From: Candidatus Kapaibacterium sp.
GTDB lineage: Bacteria > Bacteroidota > Ignavibacteria > Kapaibacteriales > UBA2268
Assembly: GCA_963664875.1 (NCBI GenBank)
Contig: OY761611.1
Location: forward strand, 2,816,001 to 2,880,000
Direction: 5' to 3'
Length of the DNA stretch: 64,000 nt
This document shows positions 1 to 9,722 of this stretch, in pieces. The first letter of the stretch is position 1, and every line of letters starts with the position of its first letter. The position numbers and the translations under genes are program-made. The notes under the pieces were generated by a model. That model worked only from the letters and a program-made list of their open reading frames with translations, did no database searches and was not told the DNA's origin.

Positions 1-171
1 AATATTGACCTTGCATTTGGTTATGTAAACGGAAATAATTCTTCTAATGCAGGTAGCTTTTACAGCAAAGATTGGGGGGCTCAGGGCAATTTTTCCGGAT
101 ATTACATAGGTGTGGGTCTTAATGTACTTGATAGAATATTTTACTCAGAAGAACTGAGATATAACAAATGA
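1..171 (+). CDS. 3' end of a hypothetical protein, possibly outer membrane (partial)
   Basis: Frame 1 is open from base 1 (NIDLAFGYVNG...GYYIGVGLNVLDRIFYSEELRYNK*); TGA overlaps the next ATG (ATGA 168-171). Confidence 0.6.
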   Translation, partial: NIDLAFGYVNGNNSSNAGSFYSKDWGAQGNFSGYYIGVGLNVLDRIFYSEELRYNK

Positions 172-791
172 TAAAATACTTGTACATAATGCTCATAGTT
201 GTATTGTGGGGTTGCAATCCGTATGTTTTCGAACTCAATAAATATGAGAAAACACGAATGTACAACATAGCAGAGAATCTCAGCCGCTATGACGCCGTAG
301 AAAAAAACGCAGATAATGGTTTCATAATTTATGAAGATGCTACAGTTGCTATTCAGACTCCGAGGTTAACTCAGTCAATAAGCGATATGACAGTCAAATA
401 TTATGGCAACAATCACGGAAATTATTCAATTTTGCTGCGAACAACAGATAATGACTTACCGCAACAAAAGTATATAGAACTCGAGGTCAATTTTGAACAA
501 TCTGAGATAAGCATCGAAGATTTTGACTCGAAACAAAAAATAACTGTACCCGTAGAGCTTGATTTGGAGCAGGGAAACAGAATATTTGCAATTAATGACG
601 GAAAACACTTAAAGATATATTGGGATTGTGACGAAATATATAACTATAAAACAAATATTCCTTCGACGGAATACATAATAATTCGGACAGAAAAAAATTG
701 TAGCTTAGAGGTAACAGGTTGGGAGGTCAGATATCTTTATCAGGACGCAAGATACGAAGGCGCTCTCCCTTACTATATTCTTTTTGAATAA
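168..791 (+). CDS. Hypothetical lipoprotein
   Basis: 207 aa; hydrophobic N-terminus ending in lipobox LWGC. Confidence 0.7.
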   Translation: MIKYLYIMLIVVLWGCNPYVFELNKYEKTRMYNIAENLSRYDAVEKNADNGFIIYEDATVAIQTPRLTQSISDMTVKYYGNNHGNYSILLRTTDNDLPQQKYIELEVNFEQSEISIEDFDSKQKITVPVELDLEQGNRIFAINDGKHLKIYWDCDEIYNYKTNIPSTEYIIIRTEKNCSLEVTGWEVRYLYQDARYEGALPYYILFE

Positions 792-800
792 AAAAAAAGC

Positions 801-827
801 TAAAGTATAAGAAAATACTGCCGAATA
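801..827 (+). promoter_or_regulatory. Sigma28 (FliA/SigD)-type promoter of flagellin
   Basis: TAAA(801-804)-N15-GCCGAATA(820-827) versus consensus TAAA-N15-GCCGATAA, just upstream of fliC. Confidence 0.8.
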
Positions 828-856
828 AGGAAATAGTAGGAAAAGTAAACATTGTT

Positions 857-897
857 GGCAGGATGCCCGGAACCAAAATTATACTAATACACGGAGG
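857..897 (+). promoter_or_regulatory. Putative CsrA-binding sites in the flagellin 5' UTR
   Basis: GGCA-GGA-TGCC hairpin (857-867, core CAGGATG) and ACGGAGG overlapping the SD (891-897). Confidence 0.55.
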
Positions 898-903
898 TTG
901 ATT

Positions 904-1851
904 ATGCCAACAGCAATTGCAAGTGGTGGAAGAATACGCACCAATATCCCGGCGCAAAATGCTTATAATTCATTGGTGAAATCCAATAACATTATAGCAG
1001 ACAAACAATTGCGCTTGTCAACAGGTAAAAGAATTAACTCGGCAGCTGATGATGTGGCCGGTTATATTACTTCAAGAGCATTAGGTGCAAGAAACGGTGC
1101 TTTGCAGGCAGCTAAAATATCAACAGGCGATGCAAAAAACGTAACATCTATTTCTCAAGATGCACTTGACAATATCAACGGTCTTTTGACTAAAATCAAA
1201 GACGCTGCAGCTACAGCATCTTCAGGTGCGTTAGGCACAGACGAAAAAGTAGCTTTGGCAAAAGGTGCATACAGAATGGCTGAGCAAGTTCAGTTTATCG
1301 TTGACTCAACAGTATTCGGCGGGAACCAATTGCTTAAAGGTGATTATTCCGGGGATTGGGTTGTGGGTTACACTCATGACAACTCAATTTTAGAAATTGC
1401 AGTAGATTTGACTTCATCAAATACCTCAGAATTTAACGTTGTAGGTAGTGGTGCAGGCAACTTTGATTTGAATGCTACAGACAGCTCACTAACTTCATTT
1501 GCAGGCGTGCAAGGCCTAAGCCTTCAGTCTTTGAATGATGTTTCTGCTACAGATTTGGGTATGTTTAGCAAAGAAAATATCAACAGTACGCTTACAAGTC
1601 TATCTGATGCATTAAACAATGTAAATAAAGTAGCTTCATATTTAGGTGGTATCGAGAACAGACTTACTTCTCAGGAAGATTTGCTCAACTCTCAGATTAC
1701 AAACTATAAAGCTGCCATCTCAAGGATCGAAGATGCGGACGTGGCTCAAGAGCAGTTAGAATTAGTGAAAGCTCAGTTCTTGCAACAAACTTCACTTATC
1801 TCTTTGGCTCAGTCAAACCAGAATCCGCAATCATACTTGCAGTTGTTCTAA
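904..1851 (+). CDS. fliC: Flagellin
   Basis: RIRTNI, RLSTGKRINSAADD, SRIEDADVAQE, C-terminal NQNPQSYLQLF; ATG 904 follows GGAGG (ORF track starts at TTG 898). Confidence 0.96.
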   Translation: MPTAIASGGRIRTNIPAQNAYNSLVKSNNIIADKQLRLSTGKRINSAADDVAGYITSRALGARNGALQAAKISTGDAKNVTSISQDALDNINGLLTKIKDAAATASSGALGTDEKVALAKGAYRMAEQVQFIVDSTVFGGNQLLKGDYSGDWVVGYTHDNSILEIAVDLTSSNTSEFNVVGSGAGNFDLNATDSSLTSFAGVQGLSLQSLNDVSATDLGMFSKENINSTLTSLSDALNNVNKVASYLGGIENRLTSQEDLLNSQITNYKAAISRIEDADVAQEQLELVKAQFLQQTSLISLAQSNQNPQSYLQLF

Positions 1852-1896
1852 TAATTAGCAAAGTATTTAGGCGATCCTTGTTGCAAAGAGAAAACT

Positions 1897-1930
1897 AAAA
1901 GGCAGGCATAGTATTTGCTTGCCTTTTTTT
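1897..1930 (+). terminator. Rho-independent terminator after fliC
   Basis: AAAAGGCAGGCA-tagtatt-TGCTTGCCTTTT followed by a T-tract. Confidence 0.75.
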
Positions 1931-1960
1931 AAAAGGACTAAATATATAAGGATTATACTT

Positions 1961-2326
1961 ATGGCTAATGCAGCACAACAACTTGCAGCTTCAAGGGCAT
2001 ACGGAGGCGGCGGGAGTGGAGACAAGAAAAAAGTCCCTACTTACCTCGAACAGGAAGTAATGTCCTGGAATAAAGAAAAGATTATCCTTAAAATGTATGA
2101 TCTCTTTATAGTAAGTTGCAAGAGAAAGGACGTAACCAAAATGAGTCGCGTGCTGATTGAGCTTATGGGATCGCTCAATTTTGAATACGAAGAAACAGCT
2201 ACTCGCTTATACAGATTATATGAATACTGCCAGAGGTGCATATTCCAGAAAAAATTTGACGAAGCTCTTTACATTATCAAAGAACTTAGAGATACTTGGG
2301 CTAAAGCTTTTGATCTTGAACAGTAA
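1961..2326 (+). CDS. fliS: Flagellin chaperone FliS
   Basis: ILKMYD...LIELMGSLNFE...LYRLYEYC...ELRDTW; between fliC and fliD; ATG 1961 preferred to TTG 1919. Confidence 0.88.
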   Translation: MANAAQQLAASRAYGGGGSGDKKKVPTYLEQEVMSWNKEKIILKMYDLFIVSCKRKDVTKMSRVLIELMGSLNFEYEETATRLYRLYEYCQRCIFQKKFDEALYIIKELRDTWAKAFDLEQ

Positions 2327-2339
2327 GGAGGAGTAAAAA

Positions 2340-3776
2340 ATGGTGGACTTATTTGGCTTGGCAAGCGGAAATACTTCTTCTACTTCGCAGAGTGATATAC
2401 TTGTTGAGGCGTACAAGCAAACTCAGCAATCCAAGATTGATGCTTTAGACGATAAGCAGGCTGACCTTGAAAAAAGATCAGTATTCTATACTTCTTTAAA
2501 TAGTCGTATCAATAGCTTAGTCAGCACTTTGGATAAGTTCCAGGCAGACGATGTCGAAAGCAAATTTGTTACAAGACAAGTTTCTAATTCGGATACTTCA
2601 GTATTAAGCGTTTCGGCTGACGGCGATGCTATTATTGGTTTAAATACTGTAAAAGTAAATCGATTAGCTACAAATGATGTTCTCATCACTGAGAGACAGA
2701 CTCTCAGTGATGAGTTTGGTTTATCAGGTACTAAAAATTTTACTATCTCTGTCAAAGACAGGGATTTTGATGTATCTGTAGAGTTCGATGGTACTGAAAC
2801 CGTCGAAGAAGCTCTTAAAAAAATTACTAATGCTGTAAATGATATTGGATACGAAGATGAAGACGGCAATGATCAGAAGATTACTCTGTCTGCTTCTTTG
2901 ATTAAAGATACTAACACTACCGGGCGAATCACTTTTACTTCGAAAGAAGCCGGTAGCGAAAATCAAATCAAAATCAGTAATGCTGATAACGATTTGATGA
3001 AAAAACTTGGTCTGAATTCGGTTGTTAACGGTAATGACGGAAATAGGAAGCTCTCTTCGGGAGCCGGTGCCGGTTATCTGAAATCTGACACAGCAGAGCT
3101 TGACTCGCAGGTTACTATCAATGGGATAGAAGTTACTAGGTCTTCTAATACTTTGGAAGATGTATTACCCGGTTTGTCTATCAGCTTGCTCAAACCACAA
3201 GATGAAAATGATCAGCCGGTTACTTTACAAACTGAAGTAGGTACAGATAAAGTCGCAGACTTTATCCAACCTCTTTTAGACAATATCAATAATATTTTAT
3301 CGTATCTTTCTAAAGATAAGTCTTTGTTGAGAAGTGAATCTGCACCTAACAACATATTCTATCAGCTAAGATCGCTTTATTCCGAAAAAGTAGAAGGAAT
3401 AGAGGATGGCGACCCAGAATATCTTTCAGGTATCGGGATAAAGTTCGACAACCAACAGCTCACGATAGATGACGAAGAGACTTTGACGGATTTGCTAAAA
3501 GAAGATCCAAGCAAAGTTTATAATTTGTTTCTCGGAGAGAACGGGATTGTAAGCAAATTAGATAATATGTTCGCGGACATGCAGGGTTCTAATGGCTTGA
3601 TTTTGACAAAAACAAGAAGCCTTCAGGACAGAATAGCAGATAATAAGAAAAAAATTACAGAAACGGAAGAAAGAATAGCTAAACAGGCTGATGCACTAAG
3701 AAAGCAATACGAAGACATGCTACAGGTTTATTACAATGCGGAAGCTCAGTACTCGCAGTTTATGAACTATTCGTAG
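2340..3776 (+). CDS. fliD: Flagellar filament cap protein FliD
   Basis: VKVNRLAT, VTINGIEVTRSSNTLEDVLPGLSISL, C-terminal coiled coil LRKQYEDM. Confidence 0.93.
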   Translation: MVDLFGLASGNTSSTSQSDILVEAYKQTQQSKIDALDDKQADLEKRSVFYTSLNSRINSLVSTLDKFQADDVESKFVTRQVSNSDTSVLSVSADGDAIIGLNTVKVNRLATNDVLITERQTLSDEFGLSGTKNFTISVKDRDFDVSVEFDGTETVEEALKKITNAVNDIGYEDEDGNDQKITLSASLIKDTNTTGRITFTSKEAGSENQIKISNADNDLMKKLGLNSVVNGNDGNRKLSSGAGAGYLKSDTAELDSQVTINGIEVTRSSNTLEDVLPGLSISLLKPQDENDQPVTLQTEVGTDKVADFIQPLLDNINNILSYLSKDKSLLRSESAPNNIFYQLRSLYSEKVEGIEDGDPEYLSGIGIKFDNQQLTIDDEETLTDLLKEDPSKVYNLFLGENGIVSKLDNMFADMQGSNGLILTKTRSLQDRIADNKKKITETEERIAKQADALRKQYEDMLQVYYNAEAQYSQFMNYS

Positions 3777-3818
3777 GCAATAATCTCTGTACTATATTAG
3801 GCATGGAGGGATAATAAA

Positions 3819-4250
3819 ATGATAAATTCTATTGGAAATATATCCTCTCTAATTAACGAAAAGCCAAGTAATGAAAAATTTGGCGAGCCTAAGGTGCGTA
3901 TTTCTGTGGATAAAGAAGATAAGGAGACCATCCAAGTCAAATCTACAGAATCGGATAGCAAAAAAGCATCTTCATTAGCTAAAAGCGTTGAAAAGAGTGA
4001 TGATAGCACCGCCAAAAAAGACTTAGTGAAATTTACTGAGTTGGGCGAAAAACTAAAGCAAATTATGGGCGAAAATAACTTGAGCATCGAATTTGCGATT
4101 GACAAAGAAACAAAGCAGATGGTAGTGAAATTTCTTGATGCTGAAACAGAAGAGGTTATCCAGCAATTTCCTCCTGATGTTACTTTGAAAATTGCAAAAG
4201 TTATAGAAGACCATTTTGGTAACGGTCAGATTACAAATTTCAAGGCATGA
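3819..4250 (+). CDS. flaG: Flagellar protein FlaG
   Basis: IEFAIDKETKQMVVKFLDAETEEVIQQFPPDVTLKIA motif; flagellar context. Confidence 0.88.
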   Translation: MINSIGNISSLINEKPSNEKFGEPKVRISVDKEDKETIQVKSTESDSKKASSLAKSVEKSDDSTAKKDLVKFTELGEKLKQIMGENNLSIEFAIDKETKQMVVKFLDAETEEVIQQFPPDVTLKIAKVIEDHFGNGQITNFKA

Positions 4251-4582
4251 TGTACGATATGGAAGAATTGTTTGATAAAATGCTAAGTGCGGCAAATAAG
4301 ATAAATCTGCTCCTGAAAGAACCGGAAAACGAAAAAAATTCTCATAGAATAATCGACCTTTTTAACCAAAAAAAAGAGTTTTTGGAAGCTGCTATAGCTT
4401 TCGGAAAAAAAAATAATAAAGATAATAAAATTTTTTCCGATATTAGTAGTAATAAGCTTAATGAATACAAACGCTTAGAGGAAGAAAATCTTTCCCTTAT
4501 CCAAGCAAGGAAATCGCTCCTTGCAGATAAGCTAAAAAAACAGGCACAGCAAAAGTCCCTGTTGATATATTCGAAAAGGTGA
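4247..4582 (+). CDS. FliT-like helical flagellar protein
   Basis: 111-aa helical ORF coupled to flaG by ATGA; size and position fit FliT, sequence motif weak. Confidence 0.5.
   Translation: MMYDMEELFDKMLSAANKINLLLKEPENEKNSHRIIDLFNQKKEFLEAAIAFGKKNNKDNKIFSDISSNKLNEYKRLEEENLSLIQARKSLLADKLKKQAQQKSLLIYSKR
4417..4443 (+). promoter_or_regulatory. Internal sigma28-type promoter ahead of the flgM-like gene
   Basis: TAAA(4417-4420)-N15-TCCGATAT(4436-4443). Confidence 0.55.
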
Positions 4583-4586
4583 TGCG

Positions 4587-4841
4587 ATGACTATAGACAA
4601 TATAAAAAGTAGTGGGCTTTATAAAGCTTCGGAATCTTCTATAAAAAGTAAATATAAAGACAGCGATAAGTCTCGAGAAACAGAGGCTTCTTCTCTAAGT
4701 CGCGAAGATTCTTTAGTGCTTTCGAGCGAAGCAAAAAAATTGTCCCCAATAAAAGCTAAAATCGAAAGTGGCTTTTATAACCAACCTGATGTGCTACGCG
4801 AAGTAGCTCAAAAATTAGTAAAAGAGTTCAATTTAGAATAG
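4587..4841 (+). CDS. flgM: Anti-sigma28 factor FlgM-like protein
   Basis: DSLVLSSEAK and IKAKIESGFY...VAQKL resemble the FlgM C-terminal motifs; flagellar context. Confidence 0.6.
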   Translation: MTIDNIKSSGLYKASESSIKSKYKDSDKSRETEASSLSREDSLVLSSEAKKLSPIKAKIESGFYNQPDVLREVAQKLVKEFNLE

Positions 4842-5057
4842 TACTTATTGAACTCTTTTATTTCTATTCCTCAAAATAATTACCCGACAGTTCGGTCTAT
4901 TTATCATATTTGAAATGCTCTGCCGTTAGTTTTTTCCATGTGTAAAAAAAAATTTCATTCAAACCGTCTTATATTTTTTTTAATTAAGATTTGTTTTGTA
5001 TTTTATAGGTAGAGTTAGGGTGAGTTTAAGTAAATATTATAGTTTGGAGAAAAGCGT

Positions 5058-5507
5058 ATGTCGAGAACACTAAACAAAGTTATGTTGATTGGAAACGTTG
5101 GGAGAGATCCTGAGCTTAAATATACGCCAAGTGGTATTCCTGTAATTTCTTTCCGCCTTGCTACTTCCGAAACTTGGAAAGACAGAAGCAACAATCTGCA
5201 GGAACATACAGACTGGCATACTGTTGTAGCTTGGAGAGGGTTGGCAGAAGTGATACATAAGCTTGTTACGAAAGGTTCAAGAGTTTATATCGAGGGTCGC
5301 ATACAGACACGCACTTTTGACGATAAGACCGGAAGCAGACGACATGTGGTAGAAATTTTGGCAGATAATATGTTGCTGCTAGAAAACAAGAAAAAAGGCG
5401 ACTATGGTGATTACAGAATCAGAGATTACGCTTTGGATGATATTGATTTTGAGACTACATACTCTGATCATGATGCACCACCGGAACCTACCGATATGCC
5501 TTTCTGA
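5058..5507 (+). CDS. ssb: Single-stranded DNA-binding protein
   Basis: LNKVMLIGNVGRDPE, TDWHTVVAW, VYIEGRIQTR, acidic tail ending DMPF. Confidence 0.97.
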   Translation: MSRTLNKVMLIGNVGRDPELKYTPSGIPVISFRLATSETWKDRSNNLQEHTDWHTVVAWRGLAEVIHKLVTKGSRVYIEGRIQTRTFDDKTGSRRHVVEILADNMLLLENKKKGDYGDYRIRDYALDDIDFETTYSDHDAPPEPTDMPF

Positions 5508-5538
5508 TTTTGAAACTAAATAGTACAATAAACGTTTT

Positions 5539-5574
5539 GGAAGAAAGCCTTACACGGCTTTTTTCCTTTTTTTT
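5539..5574 (+). terminator. Terminator after ssb
   Basis: GGAAGAAAGCC-ttacac-GGCTTTTTTCC followed by a T-tract. Confidence 0.6.
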
Positions 5575-5771
5575 ATTATATTTACATTTTAGTATAGAGC
5601 AGATGAGTCAATAGATAATTGCTGCAAGGTTTTTATATTTTGCAGCATGGGACTAAACGATTCATATCTAAAATATGGGCTTCAAAGTTAGTGTTAGAAT
5701 ATAATTTCTTACTACAATATATGTGCTCAGCTTGACTTTTCTATGCTACAATACATCAGGAATAAATAAAT

Positions 5772-6719
5772 ATGAACGTGTCGAGAAATACTGAAATTAA
5801 GGTGGGGATTGTTTCTCTTGCTGCTTTGATACTTTTGATTTTAGGGATTAGCATGGGTAAGGGGCTTAGATTTTCTGCCGGCGAATCGATTATTAAACTT
5901 CGTTTTCCTGCTTCGGGCGGTATTCAAGCTTCATCGCCCGTGGTAGTAAACGGAGTCGATAGAGGCGATGTCAAAAGTATAGAAAACAATAATGGCTCTG
6001 TGCTTATAACTGCATCTATTGATAATATTGATGATTTGAGAGAAGATGCTCATGCGAGGATTACTATCCTTGAAATCACAGGTGGCAAGAAGATAGAAAT
6101 CTTCCCCGGGACTTCACCAAATAAACTAAAAGAAGGAAGCGAAATACAAGGAACTACACCTCCTGATTTATCCGAGCTTGTTGCCTTGTTTGGAGAAGTA
6201 AGCGGAGATGCCATAGGTTTGGTAAGAAGACTTGATACCATCGCTGCCGGAGTAACATATCTGCTCGAAGACGGAAAGTTGGCTGATGATATTAAAGTTA
6301 CGGTAAGCAATCTGAAAAATGTTTCTGCAAACGCAAATACTTTGTTAGATGACAATTACAATAATATCCAAAATTCTCTAAACAATCTGGCTATTATTAC
6401 ACAAGATCTAAAAATAGCCATAAAAAATAACGAGCCGAAGGTTTCTAATATCATTGCGGAATTAGAAAATACTATCAAAGATATTAAGCCAATTATCAAT
6501 AAAACTGATAATGCAATCGCAAATGCAGATAAGCTTATTCTGGATTTGAATAGCATCGCTTCAGAAGTTAAAGACGGAGAAGGTTTTGCCAATAAACTTA
6601 TTTACGACAAAAAGTTTGCAGGCACCCTTGATTCTGCCCTGACTGATATTTACAAATTTATCAAGTTTATAGAAGAGCACGGTGTAAATGTTAATCTAAG
6701 ACTTGGAACAAGACCTTAG
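5772..6719 (+). CDS. MlaD/MCE family protein
   Basis: EIKVG plus TM helix, GGIQASSPVVVNGVDRGDV MCE domain, helical tail. Confidence 0.9.
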   Translation: MNVSRNTEIKVGIVSLAALILLILGISMGKGLRFSAGESIIKLRFPASGGIQASSPVVVNGVDRGDVKSIENNNGSVLITASIDNIDDLREDAHARITILEITGGKKIEIFPGTSPNKLKEGSEIQGTTPPDLSELVALFGEVSGDAIGLVRRLDTIAAGVTYLLEDGKLADDIKVTVSNLKNVSANANTLLDDNYNNIQNSLNNLAIITQDLKIAIKNNEPKVSNIIAELENTIKDIKPIINKTDNAIANADKLILDLNSIASEVKDGEGFANKLIYDKKFAGTLDSALTDIYKFIKFIEEHGVNVNLRLGTRP

Positions 6720-6767
6720 TTTGTATTATTAGTAATTATTAAAAAAGATAACACAGAGGCAAAAAAT

Positions 6768-7427
6768 ATGAGTTTTAAACCAACTGAAATTTCTGATGAT
6801 ATATATGGCTTTATATTAGATAATTACTCTGCTGAAGATGATTTCCTCAAAAATCTAAGGTCTGAAGCAAGCAAAGAGAATATCCCTGAAATCTGCATCT
6901 CTCCTGACCAAGGAAACTATATGCAGTTTCTCATCAAATCTGCCGGGATTAAAAATATACTCGAGATAGGCACTCTTGCGGGCTATTCCGCTATTATTAT
7001 GGCTCGGGCTTTGCCGGAGGGTGGGAAAATTACAACAGTTGAGAAAAGCGAAAAGCATGCAGAATTTGCTAAAAAGAAAATATCTGAAGCAAATTTGAAC
7101 GATAAAATAGAGGTAATTGTATCAGATGGGAAGGATTATCTTAGATCTGTGGATTATAAAGAGCATTTTGATTTAGTTTTTGTAGATGCAGATAAGGCAT
7201 CGTATCCACAGTATTTAGATATGACTACTCCAATGCTGAAGAAAGGTGGAATATTCGCTGCAGATAATGCTCTTGCCTTCGGATGCCTGATGATGGAAGA
7301 GCCAACACGCAATCCTAAGCAGGTGAAAGCAATCTTGGAGTTCAATAAATATTTTACTCAAAAGGAAGAGTATTTCACTCATCTTTTGACTATTGGCGAT
7401 GGACTAATAATGGGTTATAAAAAATAG
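6768..7427 (+). CDS. SAM-dependent O-methyltransferase (COMT/CCoAOMT-like)
   Basis: ILEIGTLAGYS, FDLVFVDADK, DNAL, IGDGL. Confidence 0.92.
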   Translation: MSFKPTEISDDIYGFILDNYSAEDDFLKNLRSEASKENIPEICISPDQGNYMQFLIKSAGIKNILEIGTLAGYSAIIMARALPEGGKITTVEKSEKHAEFAKKKISEANLNDKIEVIVSDGKDYLRSVDYKEHFDLVFVDADKASYPQYLDMTTPMLKKGGIFAADNALAFGCLMMEEPTRNPKQVKAILEFNKYFTQKEEYFTHLLTIGDGLIMGYKK

Positions 7428-7430
7428 ATT

Positions 7431-8870
7431 ATGAAGTATTCTTATATCATTAAAGCAACTTTGGTGGCAGCGTTAGCCATATTTATACTCTCCTGCGGTT
7501 CATCGCGAAAGACCGGTTTTGAATTGCAGCAGGAGCTATACAGTATAGATGAAACAGATACATCGCAAAAAGAGGAAATTTATCTAAAAGGCACAAAGCC
7601 GATAGACTCCTCCGATGTTTCCAAGCTGATTTATGATATTTGGAGAATTAAAACAAATCAGTATCCCGATACAATCAAAGCATTCGCCCGCGTTTATGAT
7701 TCTTTAGGCTACTTTATTACCAACATGGCAGATCCGTATAAGAAAAATCCGGATGATAACTTCTTTATTCGAATGGATGAGAAATTAGGTAAGGTTTATA
7801 ATGTTAGAGATGTGAATGTACCGGAATTTACAGTCAGAGAGTTTGGAGCAAATGACTCAATAGCTTATAATATCGTCATGTCGGTTGATTACAGCGGCTC
7901 AATGGATGCAGTGATGCAGGCAATATTTGAGGGCACAAATCTTTTTGTGGATATGAAATTCCCTTATGACAAGATAGGTATTACTTCCTTTAATAAAGAT
8001 TTTGATGTAAAAGTGCCTCTTATTCAAGATAAACAGCAGATACTGACTCTTTACAATGCCAAAAAGGAGCAGGGTTTTGGGCTGTTTTCAGGAGTTTATG
8101 ATGCTGTAGCTGAGTGCCTTACTATGTACGAAAATACACCGGAAGACTCTCCGAGAGTTTTGGTTCTTTTCTCAGATGGCGACGACAACTACTCAAAATC
8201 TGAAATTGGAGATTTAATAGAAAAAGCCAAACAAGATAATATCAATGTATTTTCAATAGCTTTCGGCTATTCTAAAGATGACAACCTCAAATATCTATCT
8301 GAATATACAGGCGGAAAGTTTTACAAAGCAAAAACAAAAGAAGATTTGATTGCTATTTTCCGCGATATATATATGAGTCTGAGATATTACTATCTAATTA
8401 CCTACCATCCTCCTAAGTTTTGGGGACATCACGAGGTCATAGCTTCTCTTGAGTTGCCCGGAAGAGAGGATACTCTTCGCGGATATGCAGAGTATGGCAC
8501 AGGGGACTTATTCCCTTGGGATAAAATTGGTAAAGCATTTGAAAGGCCTATACTTTTCGATTTTGACAGTGCGACTGTTAAATCTGAATCATATCCGGTG
8601 ATTGATGAAATAGTAGATGCCATGCTTTCGCGCCCGAAACTGAGATTAGAAGTACAAGGCCATACCGATAATGTCGGCGGAATTGAGTACAACCAAACTC
8701 TTTCTGACTTAAGAGCCTATGCAGTTGTCGAAGAGATAGCTAAAAGAGGTGTAGAACGTCGCAGATTGCGTGCAAGAGGCTTCGGTATGTCAGTTCCTAT
8801 AGCTCCAAACTCAACCGAAGAGGGAAGAGCAAAAAACAGAAGAACAGAATTTGTAATATTAGCTAAATAG
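7431..8870 (+). CDS. Lipoprotein with VWA and C-terminal OmpA-like domains
   Basis: Lipobox ILSC; MIDAS DYSGSM and LFSDG; ILFDFDS...GHTDNVG...NQTLS...NRRTEF. Confidence 0.9.
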   Translation: MKYSYIIKATLVAALAIFILSCGSSRKTGFELQQELYSIDETDTSQKEEIYLKGTKPIDSSDVSKLIYDIWRIKTNQYPDTIKAFARVYDSLGYFITNMADPYKKNPDDNFFIRMDEKLGKVYNVRDVNVPEFTVREFGANDSIAYNIVMSVDYSGSMDAVMQAIFEGTNLFVDMKFPYDKIGITSFNKDFDVKVPLIQDKQQILTLYNAKKEQGFGLFSGVYDAVAECLTMYENTPEDSPRVLVLFSDGDDNYSKSEIGDLIEKAKQDNINVFSIAFGYSKDDNLKYLSEYTGGKFYKAKTKEDLIAIFRDIYMSLRYYYLITYHPPKFWGHHEVIASLELPGREDTLRGYAEYGTGDLFPWDKIGKAFERPILFDFDSATVKSESYPVIDEIVDAMLSRPKLRLEVQGHTDNVGGIEYNQTLSDLRAYAVVEEIAKRGVERRRLRARGFGMSVPIAPNSTEEGRAKNRRTEFVILAK

Positions 8871-9404
8871 ATGAGAAAAATGGAAAGAAAAGATTTGGCA
8901 AAAGCCATATATGATGCTGCCTATATCACAGGCGAATTCAAATTGCGATCAGGTGTAAAAAGCAACGAATATTTCGATAAATATCAATTCGAAGCTCGCC
9001 CGCAAATCTTAGATGCAATTGCGGACAAATTGAAAGATATGATTCCTGAGGGAACTGACATACTGGGTGCTTTAGAGATGGGAGGTATTCCAATCGCAAC
9101 TGCTATATCTTTGAAAACAGGTATCCCTTGCGTATTCGTTAGAAAAGAAGCTAAAGAATACGGCACAGCAAAATTTGCTGAAGGACCAAGCATTGAAGGA
9201 AAAAATGTACTTATTGTAGAAGACGTTGTAACAAGCGGTGGTCAGATTATAATCTCTACTAAAGACTTGCGCAACTTAGGTGCAAACATTACAAAAGCAA
9301 TTTGTGTAATCAACCGCGAATCGGGCGGTGTTGAGAAATTAGCCGAAGATGGAATAGAGCTAAATGCACTGTTTACAATGACCGAGCTAAAAGCAAGCAA
9401 ATAA
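8871..9404 (+). CDS. pyrE: Orotate phosphoribosyltransferase
   Basis: FKLRSG, VRKEAKEYG, PRPP motif VLIVEDVVTSG. Confidence 0.94.
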   Translation: MRKMERKDLAKAIYDAAYITGEFKLRSGVKSNEYFDKYQFEARPQILDAIADKLKDMIPEGTDILGALEMGGIPIATAISLKTGIPCVFVRKEAKEYGTAKFAEGPSIEGKNVLIVEDVVTSGGQIIISTKDLRNLGANITKAICVINRESGGVEKLAEDGIELNALFTMTELKASK

Positions 9405-9427
9405 AAAAAAATGCCTGTAAATATTTG

Positions 9428-9478
9428 AAAAGCAGAAACCTTAGTGATTTACTTCGGATTCTGCTTTTCTGTTTTTTA
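9428..9478 (+). terminator. Terminator after pyrE
   Basis: AAAAGCAGAA...TTCTGCTTTT stem followed by a T-rich tail. Confidence 0.55.
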
Positions 9479-9722
9479 TTGAAGCTAAAAGTTTATTACG
9501 CTTTATAAAAAGATTTACTATTGCTATAGAATATCTGAAAGTTAGAATCCAGAGAATAAAATAGTAACCTTGATATTTAGGTTTTGGGAAATATGCTTGA
9601 AAATTGTCAAAAGCAAATTGAAGCTCATGCTTTTAATCTCCGTGCAATTAATTTTAGTTTTGCAAAATATTATCTTATATTAAGTTAATTGGAAAATGTG
9701 TATTTATTTTGAGAGTACTGCT

